Shown one piece after another: positions 49,491 through 58,978 of a stretch of DNA of 64,000 bases. The stretch lies in the NCBI RefSeq assembly GCF_000315625.1, contig NW_005434520.1:58403-122402 (forward strand), read 5' to 3'. Source of the stretch: Guillardia theta CCMP2712. Taxonomy: Eukaryota; Protista; Cryptophyta. The notes below the pieces were generated by a model that saw only the letters and a list, made by a program, of their open reading frames with translations, searched no databases and was not told where the DNA came from. Every line of letters begins with the position of its first letter. The first letter of the stretch is position 1. A program made the position numbers and the translations under genes.

Positions 49491-49840
49491 TTGCACACAT
49501 AACACAGCAGCTGTGGATTGAGGACGCTTGCGACCTCGCCGTGCCCTAGGCTGCACCGGCGATTGATCCAATGGGGCTTGGGGGGTATTACGTCCTTCAG
49601 CGGCACCAAGCTTTTAACTACGGAAGCATAGGTCTGTCTGGCGCAGAGGGAAGTGTCTTACGCAGTGCTGAAGTGGAAGTGACGGCGGAAGAGGATCGGG
49701 GGGGACTCCGGGGATGAGGAGGAGGTAATGGAAGAGGTTCATGACAGTGATTCAACGGGGCCAGAGGTAGGAGGGGAACAGGCTATTCCAGCTTTTGCTG
49801 TGGAAGGAGACGAAAACGTCTTGCAACCTGACCTTCTATC

Positions 49841-51480
49841 TTAGGGTTTAGGGTTTTGTAAGAGGGCTATTGTCCCCGGTTTCATCTTGCTTTCAATCAT
49901 TTCCCAACTGATGGTGGTCTGCATTTTTTCCGCTATCCAGATTGCGAGTCTTTCCGGTCCTCTCATCTCTTCGTTCTCTTTGAGTCTGCCCGATCTGATT
50001 TCTCGTTGTAACTGGTTTATTGTTTGACACCCCCATTGGTTGCACCATGATGTTAGTTTGTGGATCAGACTGCTTTTGATATCATCATCCACCCTGCATT
50101 TCTTATTCGTTTCTTTCTCTAGATACCGAATCGCCGCCCTTCCCAAGATGGGTGCTGGATGGGGGAGTTGGAGGCCTCCTCTGTCCCAAGGTAGGTGAAA
50201 GATAGCGTTGCTTGTACTCTTGCTCAATCCCATAGCTCTTTTGAATGCTCTGGTCCAGAGGGTATCTAAGGTTTGTAAGTCTGACCAAGACCAGCTCACC
50301 AGTACCGCCGAGTATCTAAAGATATTGACGATGCCTACCTTCACCAGGTAATATTTTTGGGCTGCAGAGTAAGCAGATGATTCAATCAGCTTTGTCAGTT
50401 CTTTTGTCTTCTCCAAGATGTGTTCTTTCTCTCCCCACGTGAAGGGGCAGGTGTGCGCCTTGTTGCCTCTTCCTCCTGGTCTCCACAAGCTGATCCGGAT
50501 CCCTAGATATTTGAACCATTTTGTCGGTGGTAGGTTCACAAACTCCTTGTCAAAGAACTTGATGTTTTGTGTTCCTTGGATCTCCCTCTTTAGCCGATAA
50601 TCAAAGCTGGTGATTTCAGATTTCTTCGTGTTCAGTTCTAATCCACTCCATCGACAGAATCGTTCTACCACTTGAACAAGCGTTTTCATCTCTCTCACTG
50701 AATGTGCTATCAGGACAAGGTCGTCTGCAAATGACAGATTATTAGGGTGTTGAGTTGCTTTCTCGTCTTGTTGTTGATCAAGTTGTCTGGACAAGATGCT
50801 GAGCAGAAGATTTGTTTTTGGTGGACTCGCGGGGCTGCCTTGAGGTAATCCCCGGAGGAGCGGGATTGCTGCTGTATCAAACCTCTCAGTCTGGATTTGC
50901 AGAGCTATGCCTTGACTGCAGCTGACTGCGACGTCGACATCGCGCTGGTGGAATCCATATACCTCCATGATTTTTGCGATGGATTCAACCGCGACGTTAT
51001 TGAAGAAGTTGGCAAAGTCGAGGTATAACAGTATAATGTTGTTTTGACTGCTCTGGGCCTCCTCGATGATGTTAAGTAGTCTATGACCTTGACGGATCGT
51101 CCCGCCCTCGGGTCGGAAACCCTCTTGGTTATCTGTTAACAGCTTGTGCCTCTCAGCTGCTTTTGCCAGTCTGTGTGCTATCACCGCTTGGAAGATTCGC
51201 GTCACCGACGAGAGGATACATATAGGACGCATATTTTCCAGAACATGACAGAGCTCGTTTTTTGGAAGGAGTCTGACTCGTGCTAGCATGTTCAACAACG
51301 TTTTGTCTCCTGTCAACGCTCTACTGATCACTTTTCCTATCTCCTCCTTTGCGCTGTCAGGTAAAGCTTTCAGGATCTCGTTTGAGATCAAATCCATGCC
51401 TGCTGCCTTGCGATTTGATACTTTTTGAATCCAAATCTAAATTTCTCCTGGCTCCAGGGGAAAAGCAATTTCTATTTCCC
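49841..51480 (-). mobile_element. Non-LTR retrotransposon reverse transcriptase (degenerate)
   Basis: KAAGMDLISNEILK, NMRPICIL, NQEGFRP, LYLDFANFFN, RGLPQGSPASP, LSFADDL, SGLELNTKKS, FKYLGI and RGGLQL; in-frame stop upstream. Confidence 0.9.
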
Positions 51481-52216
51481 TGGTCGGGTGTTGATCAATG
51501 TTCGCGGGAGAGTTGAATTCCGGTGGCTCAAAATTACCCGGGTGCAAGCCTTCGTATTCGTTTCCTCTCTCCCTTGGTCCGGTCTGGCTAGTTTCTTGTG
51601 TGGCTGAAGTTCATGTGGGCTAGCCTCCCTTTTTCCTTTCCTTCTCTTGTTTGGGGGCTTCCCCTCCTCCCTGGCTGGCCTTCTTCTCTTCCCTGTTCCT
51701 GCCTGCTCAAGTCCGAGTTTTGCCCAGATGACATTCGCCGCTTGTAGATATTGTGCGAGGATTTCTTCTGCTTGTTCCCTTTGCTTTGGGAATGGCCAGA
51801 GTCGGATGGGCAGGTGCAGGGAGATGCCCTCGGTATCTGGGACGGGTAAAATACTTGTCATGGAGTGGAAGCCTACTTGGGGCAGTAGTCTCCATGCCTT
51901 TGCAAAACTCTCCCAGCCTTGCCGAGCAGGAGATGTAGGTAGGGAGTTTTCTCCGGACGGCAGGTAGCCAGACAACAGACAATGGTGGCAAGGATTCGAG
52001 CGGGAGACCTCACCTTGACAGAGAAATTCATGCTCGAAATGCATGTGTGAAGAGATTTACTAGGGAGAGCGTTCAGATTATGCGAAGGGTCAGTTACGCG
52101 AACAGCTATCCAAGCGATCACCTTCTCAGCACCGACGAGGAAGAAGCTCTTTCAATGGGGGAAGACTAACTCACCATGTTGTCCTCACTGTCCAGACCGA
52201 GAAGAAACCTGGGGAC

Positions 52217-52444
52217 TGTTAGGAAAACTTCCTAAAAGTATCTCTCGATCCAGTGTTGACACACGAAGTGATCCCGTCAAGAAACCAAAGAACAAGCGCG
52301 CGACAGCAATGCACAATTCAACGGCAATTTACTCCAAATCAACGTTAGAGATAAAGAAAAGTAAGTAATCTAATTTCCTAAGAAACGAGACTGCCTAGGA
52401 CACCTACTTAAGAAAGACAGGAAGTCAGTAAACATATCCTATCA
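52217..52444 (-). repeat. 3' LTR
   Basis: Appears identical to 63102-63329 by eye. Confidence 0.97.
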
Positions 52445-52512
52445 TTTCGCTCCCTAGCGCTGATAGATGAGAACACACTTCTCAGCTCCAACTTCGCTGC
52501 AAACACCAAGAA

Positions 52513-53657
52513 TCATTTAGCATTCACAAGATTGAAATCACGAATCATTTTCCTCAACTCTGGAGTGCGAAATTCACGCGTAGACAACCAAGAATCATCC
52601 GACGACTTGTCATATCCTTTCCAACGAACCAGGTACTGCACACGATTACCTTTCCCACGACGAGCCAAAATACGATCGACTTCAAAATACTGTCCATCGC
52701 GTTGAACCAAAGGCAACGGTGGTGGTTCAATTTCATCCAGAGAAACATCTCGAAAATAGTAAGGACGAAGTTTCGCCACGTTGAAAACTGTTTTCTTCAT
52801 GTGTTGAAAACGCGGTGTGAACTCCAAGCGCACAGAGTTATCCGAAACTTTCTCTTGTATCTTGAAAGGTCCAATGAAATCGGAATTTTCATCTTGCCCA
52901 TGGACTCATGCAACTTCAAATCGCGCGTCGACAACATAACGAAGTCGCCAACATTGAATTGCAGATCCTTCCGAGATCGCTTCATAGTCTTCTCCTTCTG
53001 AATCGCTGACAACGTTAACGCATCGCGAGCCAAGTCGACGGCTGCCATGATCTTGTCACGTACTTCCTCCACGTCCTCAGCACGATCGTCAGGAGTCAAG
53101 TCCAAAACTGTACGAACGTCTCTGCCATAGATGATCTCAAACGGCGTAAGATTCGTCGCATCTCTAACGGTCGTATTCCAAATTGTCTCCAGATGTACGA
53201 GATAATCATCCCAAGACTTGCTATCGTGCCGCATGCAGTAGATCCGCAAGGCTTCAACTATGACACTGTTGAACTTCTCAACTCGTCCCTGCGACTGCGG
53301 ATGATAAACGCTGCTATGGCGTATGTCGATTCCCATTAGAGTGAACAACTCAGTCCAAAATTCTGAAGAAAATAAACTCCCGTTGTCCGAGACCAACGTT
53401 TTGCAAATCCCTTGAGCACGATAAACCGTCTCGAAATACGCACGAGCTGCTCCTTTCGATGTGATCGTCTTCTTACACGGATACAAGAACACCCTGTTGG
53501 AAAACTGATCGAGGAACACCAAGACACTGTCGTTTCCCCGCTTCGAGGTGGGCAGCGCTGTGAGCAAATCCACTGAAACCTTCTCGAAACGCTCACGCGG
53601 AACCAAATGACTGTGCGGTTCGCCAGCCGCTCGTTGCTTGTAACTCTTGCCTTGCAA
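52513..53657 (-). CDS. Integrase core and C-terminal chromodomain (frameshifted pieces 52797-53657 and 52513-52833)
   Basis: VSVDLL...LVSDNG...YHPQSQGRVEKFN (DDE); YFEVDRILARRGKGNRVQYLVRWKGYDKSSDDSWL (chromodomain). Confidence 0.9.
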
Positions 53658-56290
53658 ACACTCCGCACACGAGTTGACATAGTTCGCGACCGTACGTCCT
53701 TACTCATGGTCGGCCAGAAGGCAATTTGCGACGCCTTCAAGAAAGTCTTCGTCTTCCCTACATGGCAAGAATCGTCATGAATCAGGCGCAAGAACTTCGC
53801 TCGAGAATGATAAGGAATACACACACGTTCCCGACCAAGCGAGTCCTTCCAAAACAAGACTCCGTCTCGCAGAAAATAAGTTCGACGCTGCATTGGGACT
53901 AGGTTTCCCTGTTGAATGTCCTGGAGAACCTGCGCGAAATATCTGTCCTGCTGATAATTTTTGACGACATCAGCTGTAAATGCGTTGTCTGTTGCTAGAG
54001 CGTAGCAGTGCGTAACAACCTCTGCATCACTGTCAGTCACCTCCATCACCTCCCCCTCCCCAGAGGACGAGATGGTACAAAGCAAGGTAGGATCCAAGTT
54101 GACCAAATCAGCACGCTGTCGAATCTCATCGTCTAACGCACTCTGTGACGGCACAACCGTAGAATCGTTCGGACGAGATAGGTAGTCAGCGATGACATTC
54201 TCTTCTCCAGGGATGTAGGAGATTTCATCCAAATCGAAATCAGCAAGAATTTGACTCCATCGAAACAATCGACCCGTGAGGTTGCTCTGCGTGAGAAGAT
54301 ACTTGAGACTCTTGTGATCTGTACGAACCAACACCCTGCGTCCGTACAAGTAAAACTTGAAATGAACCAATGCTGAAATCAATCCCAGAAGCTCTTTCTC
54401 GCGCACAGAATAATTTACCTCGGCACTGTTGAGACGCTTGCTGAAGAAGGCGACAGGCAACAGATCTTCGCCATGCTGTTGTGTCAAGACAGCACCAATG
54501 GCGTAGTCGCTCGCATCGACCAACACGCAAGTAGCTAACGCTGGGTTGAAGTACCTTAAAACAGGGGCTGATATCAAACGCTTCTTCAGCTCCTGAAAGG
54601 CCGCTTCTTGCGCGTCATCCCAACAAAACTTCACATTCTTGCGTAGGAGATTCGTTAGCGGAAGTGCTAACGCTGCGTAATCCGGCACATACTTCCTGTA
54701 AAAGTTCAACACTCCCAAAAACGACTTGAGTTCCTTCACTGTTTGAGGTGCCGTACGATCCACAATCGCTTGTACCTTTTTCTCTTGTGTCGAGACGCCT
54801 GCCTCGCTGATGTGGAAACCGAGGAAATCAATTTCAGAGTGAAACAGCTTACATTTCGACTTCTTGACAAACAACTGCTCTTTACGAAATCGATCCAGAG
54901 CCTGTCGAAGCAAACGCTCATGTCTCTCCAAGCTCCCATAACTGATCAAGCAAACATCGTCGATATAGCTCAGGCAATTCTCGAGACCTTGAAGAACACT
55001 CTCGAGAAATTTCTGAAATTGATTTGCCGAATCTACCAAGCCGAAAGGAATCCTCCGATACTGATATTTCCCAAACTTCGTGATGAAACAGGTGTACTTC
55101 CTCGACGCGGCGTCCAACTCAAGTTGCCAAAAACTTTTCGCCAGGTCGAGTGAGCTGATCCACAACCGTGCCCCAGGTTCTGAAGCATAACGCGCTCTCT
55201 CTTCCATGATCTTTCGACCCACTCGTTCTATCAGCTCCATCACCAACGGCAATGGAAAGTTATCATTCCGGATCAAGCTGTTAACGAACCTCATATCAGT
55301 GCAAAAACGCAATGTACCATCAGACTTTTTTGTGAAGATTACGGGAGACGTAAACTCAGACGTCGAAGGTTCAATGATCCCACGCTCCAACAAGAAGGCA
55401 AGATTCGCTTTCAACTCCTCCTCCAACGCGAGTGGCACAGGGTAAGGTTTCTTTTGCACCGCCTCAACGTTATCCTTGAGTCGAATCGTCGCCTTGAAGG
55501 ACCGGTCAAGAACAACGTCACTGGGAATGTCGTCACGAATGACATCCGAATAATCTTCCATGATCGTCTCGGCAGCCTTCTGCTCGAGACTCGTGGCACC
55601 ATCTGTCGGCTGAGCCATCTCCAACAGGTTGCACAAATGTACCACGTACCATTCCGAATCGTTCTGCTTGAGGTCTCTCACTGCCTCAGTGTAAGAAAGT
55701 ACCTGACACAGCGAGACGTCCGCAGCCCCGAATTGCTTGTTCGTCGGGCAAATAAGTAACGGAAGCTCGACCATCTTGCTGCGCCACTTGGCAAAGACTC
55801 TGGGATGACCCGCATCAATCACGATCTTGTTCGTACGCATCCATTCCCATGAGAGGATCATGTCCGCATGCGGCAAGTCAAGCATGTAGAACGACCCACT
55901 ACTCTTGAAACTGGAGCCTACGCCCAATTTTGTCTGGAAAACCATATCAGACAATCTACTCGTCCCGTCGGCCATAATAACTCGTTTACGAACTTCTGCA
56001 TCCGTGACCGACAGACCAAATTTGCGCACTGCCTTCGTGCTGATAAACGACTCTTCAGCAGCTGTATCGAGCAATGCATTAAGAACTATGGATTGATTCC
56101 CGAACCGAAAGGTCACAGGTACCATAGGTAGAGCTTTGATCCTGTGAGAGTCAACGGTGATACGACATTGACGAACATCCCTAGGATCTTCTGGCGGAGG
56201 TGTGCCCGGGTCGAAGACAACATTCGAAGTCTGCAAACCCGTGCCCCCGTCGATTGCGCCCTCCGCGGCAACCGACGTCACTGGTTTAAA
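53336..56290 (-). CDS. pol: Pol: aspartic protease, RT, RNase H and integrase zinc-finger start
   Basis: ALLDTAAE; LRFCTDMR, LDLAKSFWQ, IPFGL, YIDD; VDASDYAIGAVL, FSKRLNSAEVNYSVREKELL, RTDHKSL, NVIADYLSR; IHDDSCHVG; frame lost near 53690. Confidence 0.93.
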   Translation of the reverse strand, partial: FKPVTSVAAEGAIDGGTGLQTSNVVFDPGTPPPEDPRDVRQCRITVDSHRIKALPMVPVTFRFGNQSIVLNALLDTAAEESFISTKAVRKFGLSVTDAEVRKRVIMADGTSRLSDMVFQTKLGVGSSFKSSGSFYMLDLPHADMILSWEWMRTNKIVIDAGHPRVFAKWRSKMVELPLLICPTNKQFGAADVSLCQVLSYTEAVRDLKQNDSEWYVVHLCNLLEMAQPTDGATSLEQKAAETIMEDYSDVIRDDIPSDVVLDRSFKATIRLKDNVEAVQKKPYPVPLALEEELKANLAFLLERGIIEPSTSEFTSPVIFTKKSDGTLRFCTDMRFVNSLIRNDNFPLPLVMELIERVGRKIMEERARYASEPGARLWISSLDLAKSFWQLELDAASRKYTCFITKFGKYQYRRIPFGLVDSANQFQKFLESVLQGLENCLSYIDDVCLISYGSLERHERLLRQALDRFRKEQLFVKKSKCKLFHSEIDFLGFHISEAGVSTQEKKVQAIVDRTAPQTVKELKSFLGVLNFYRKYVPDYAALALPLTNLLRKNVKFCWDDAQEAAFQELKKRLISAPVLRYFNPALATCVLVDASDYAIGAVLTQQHGEDLLPVAFFSKRLNSAEVNYSVREKELLGLISALVHFKFYLYGRRVLVRTDHKSLKYLLTQSNLTGRLFRWSQILADFDLDEISYIPGEENVIADYLSRPNDSTVVPSQSALDDEIRQRADLVNLDPTLLCTISSSGEGEVMEVTDSDAEVVTHCYALATDNAFTADVVKNYQQDRYFAQVLQDIQQGNLVPMQRRTYFLRDGVLFWKDSLGRERVCIPYHSRAKFLRLIHDDSCHVGKTKTFLKASQIAFWPTMSKDVRSRTMSTRVRSVCKARVTSNERLANRTVIWFRVSVSRRFQWICSQRCPPRSGETTVSWCSSISFPTGCSCIRVRRRSHRKEQLVRISRRFIVLKGFAKRWSRTTGVYFLQNFGLSCSL
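56248..56290 (-). promoter_or_regulatory. Predicted -1 programmed ribosomal frameshift signal at the gag/pol junction
   Basis: Minus strand gcT TTA AAC (in gag phase), 6-nt spacer, 10-bp stem CGTCGGTTGC/GCAATCGACG; pol lies in the -1 frame. Confidence 0.8.
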
Positions 56291-57632
56291 GCTGACGGTT
56301 GTTCAGACCTCGACAAGAGAGGGCACTTGTCTCTAAAGTGACCGAACTTCTGACAGTTGTAGCACTTCACCTTCTTCTTGTCGAACTTCTTCTCCTTGCC
56401 CTGCATGTCCTCGCTCTGAGTGGGAGCCGACCGCTTGCCCTCATGACGAGGTTGTGCTTGGGTGAAATGAAGACTCGTCTGACCGTCTTGTGGGTGTCTC
56501 TGACGCAGATTAAGAGCTTCGCGATACAACTGCGGCAAATACTTGCCCATCTCCGACGGCTCCGCATGATAAGTAATCCCAAACGTCTTACCATCGCGTT
56601 CCATCAGCATGCTCAATTCCTTCCGTAGCATGGCACGCGCATAGTCCATTTGAATCCCATCGACAAAGGCGCGTTCCCAGCTACCTAGCGCAACACTAGG
56701 TCTCTTGGACACAAGGTAGCACGCCTGCAGGTGTGTAACCATCGCCTGGAATCTTGCGGTGTACACCTCGACGGACTCCTTGGGCCCTTGCCTAGCCTGC
56801 TTCTGCACATGACGCTCAAGTTTCTCAATAAACTCGAACGGTAACCATTTCAACAACAGTTTCTCCACAAACTGTTCCCAATCACCATGCTCAGCTGAGA
56901 ACTGATCTTGCTCAGCCATCGGGAGTGTAGCCCACCATAGCTGCACCTCCGGCCCGAACGCAGAGATGGCCGCTCCTACCCATCGATGGCGTGCTATACG
57001 GTGAAATTTACACCTGCCTTCGATATATCCGAGCCATGAGACCACCGACCTCTCCATGGTCTGCTCACCATTGTACTGCAACAATGCCAGACTTCGGATC
57101 CAGCTTGCAAATCTGACCACCGTCATTCTCCGCATGCTTAAGCTTGTGAGGCTTGTCCTCGGATTCCCGAACCCGCTCACAAAGCAGTACACGCATCTCC
57201 GCTGCCTCCTTGGCAAGCCTACGGTTCTCTCGCTGGGATTCCTCAAGTGCCCTCACAAGATCCTGGAGTTTGCGATCAGCTTCTCTCTGGGATTCTGCGA
57301 GTGCATTTACGAGATTGTGCATCTTATCCATGTTGTTCTGTTCCACAGACCTGAGCTCTCTACATGTCCGGCGTAGGTGCTCATTTTCTTCCACGATGTC
57401 ACGAAAACTGGCTTTCAAGGGAAGGGCGGGACCATCTCTTTCGTTTTCATCCCTACTCTCCAACCATGAAGGCACTGTACGACCACTGTCAACACTATCG
57501 TCACGTACAACAGCCTCCTGCTGGATGACAGTTTCCGACGGATCGTACGCATGTGACTGCGGCGACATGCCTGTCACCGTAGGAAAGCGCGGCTCTGCTG
57601 ACCCATTCAATGTCTCCTTCACAAAGCTGCCC
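56278..57632 (-). CDS. gag: Gag (one frameshift near 57090; the first ~22 codons lie beyond the nested transposon at 62970-63034)
   Basis: LWW, QGPKESVEVYTARF and the knuckle CYNCQKFGHFRDKC; removing the nested element restores ...SMSR-L-GSFVKE in frame. Confidence 0.88.
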
Positions 57633-57864
57633 AACCATTCTGGGGTCAAACCGTGGTAGTCGAACTTAACGCAAAAGAGGAATGGGTAATTCGAGTTATA
57701 GGAGACCGGTGGATGGGTACCCCTTGTTTTGATGGTGGTAGTTTTTACTAATATCAGAGGTAGGGGTAATGGCGGATTTCATTGTGACCGGCCCAAATTC
57801 TGTTTAAAACTACAATTTTTATCAGTCTTGTTTTTCCATCGTGTTTTGTACCAATCTTGTAGGA

Positions 57865-58790
57865 GGTTTGAATTTTTGTACCAGGAGCACTAGATAGACC
57901 GGGTCCATGCACAGTTGTTTTCTGGAACCAGGCTCCTGGGTCCAGATCGTACCCTACCTGGTCAGGCTTTTCTGGTTTGAATTTTTGTACCAGTGGGTCT
58001 ACATACACCGGGTCATTTGCGCCAATATATTCGATTGAGGGTAGGGTACTGAAAGGTACCTTGTACCCCTCCTGATAGGTCAGAGGGGGTAGTGGATGGT
58101 TTGAATTTTTGTACCAGGAGCACTAGATAGACCGGGTCCTTCTAGAGTATTATGACCCCACGGGTGCTAGGCTCAATCCGAGGTACCCTACCCCTATGCA
58201 CGCTCAGATCGTACCCTACCTGGTCAGGCTTTTCTGGTTTGAATTTTTGTACCAGTGGGTCTACATACACCGGGTCATTTGGGCCAATATATTCGATTGA
58301 GGGTAGGGTACTGAAAGGTACCTTGTACCCCTCCTGATGGGTCAGAGGGGGTAGTGGATGGTTTGAATTTTTGTACCAGGAGCACTAGATAGACCGGGTC
58401 CTTCTAGAGTATTATGACCCCACGGGTGCTAGGCTCAATCCGAGGTACCCTACCCCTATGCACGCTCAGATCGTACCCTACCTGGTCAGGCTTTTCTGGT
58501 TTGAATTTTTGTACCAGTGGGTCTACATACACCGGGTCATTTGCGCCAATATATTCGATTGAGGGTAGGGTACTGAAAGGTACCTTGTACCCCTCCTGAT
58601 AGGTCAGAGGGGGTAGTGGATGGTTTGAATTTTTGTACCAGGAGCACTAGATAGACCGGGTCCTTCTAGAGTATTATGACCCCACGGGTGCTAGGCTCAA
58701 TCCGAGGTACCCTACCCCTATGCACGCTCAGATCGTACCCTACCTGGTCAGGCTTTTCTGGTTTGAATTTTTGTACCAGTGGGTCTACAT
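57865..58790 (+). repeat. Subterminal 262-bp tandem repeat (~3.6 units) inside the RAG1-like transposon
   Basis: ggtttgaatttttgtaccaggagcactagatagaccgggtcc at ~57865, 58098, 58360 and 58622. Confidence 0.95.
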
Positions 58791-58978
58791 GCACCAGGTA
58801 CTTCGTCCACAAATTGAAGGGTAGGGTACATTCAACAATACCCACCCATGGAAGGTCCTGGCTGGTACCCCTTCAAATCCCCCCCGTTCCAATCTATAAA
58901 AGCTGGGATGAAAGTTGTGTTTCTCGCCGGGGTGCCACATTCACGCCTTGTTCCACACTCTCACGAAATCTTGAAGCA

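Noticed and set aside
57636-57700. RSS-like heptamer/nonamer (CACAGTG...ACAAAAACC) at the transposon ends
   Set aside because: The ends begin CATTCTG and no convincing nonamer is seen at 12- or 23-bp spacing
57865-58790. Possible CRISPR-like array
   Set aside because: Whole 262-bp units are repeated with no unique spacers, there are no cas genes, and the context is eukaryotic
58676-58978. First 101 codons of the 920-aa ORF as protein
   Set aside because: They begin within the 262-bp repeat and lie around a TATA-like box; the ATG at 58979 is the more plausible start
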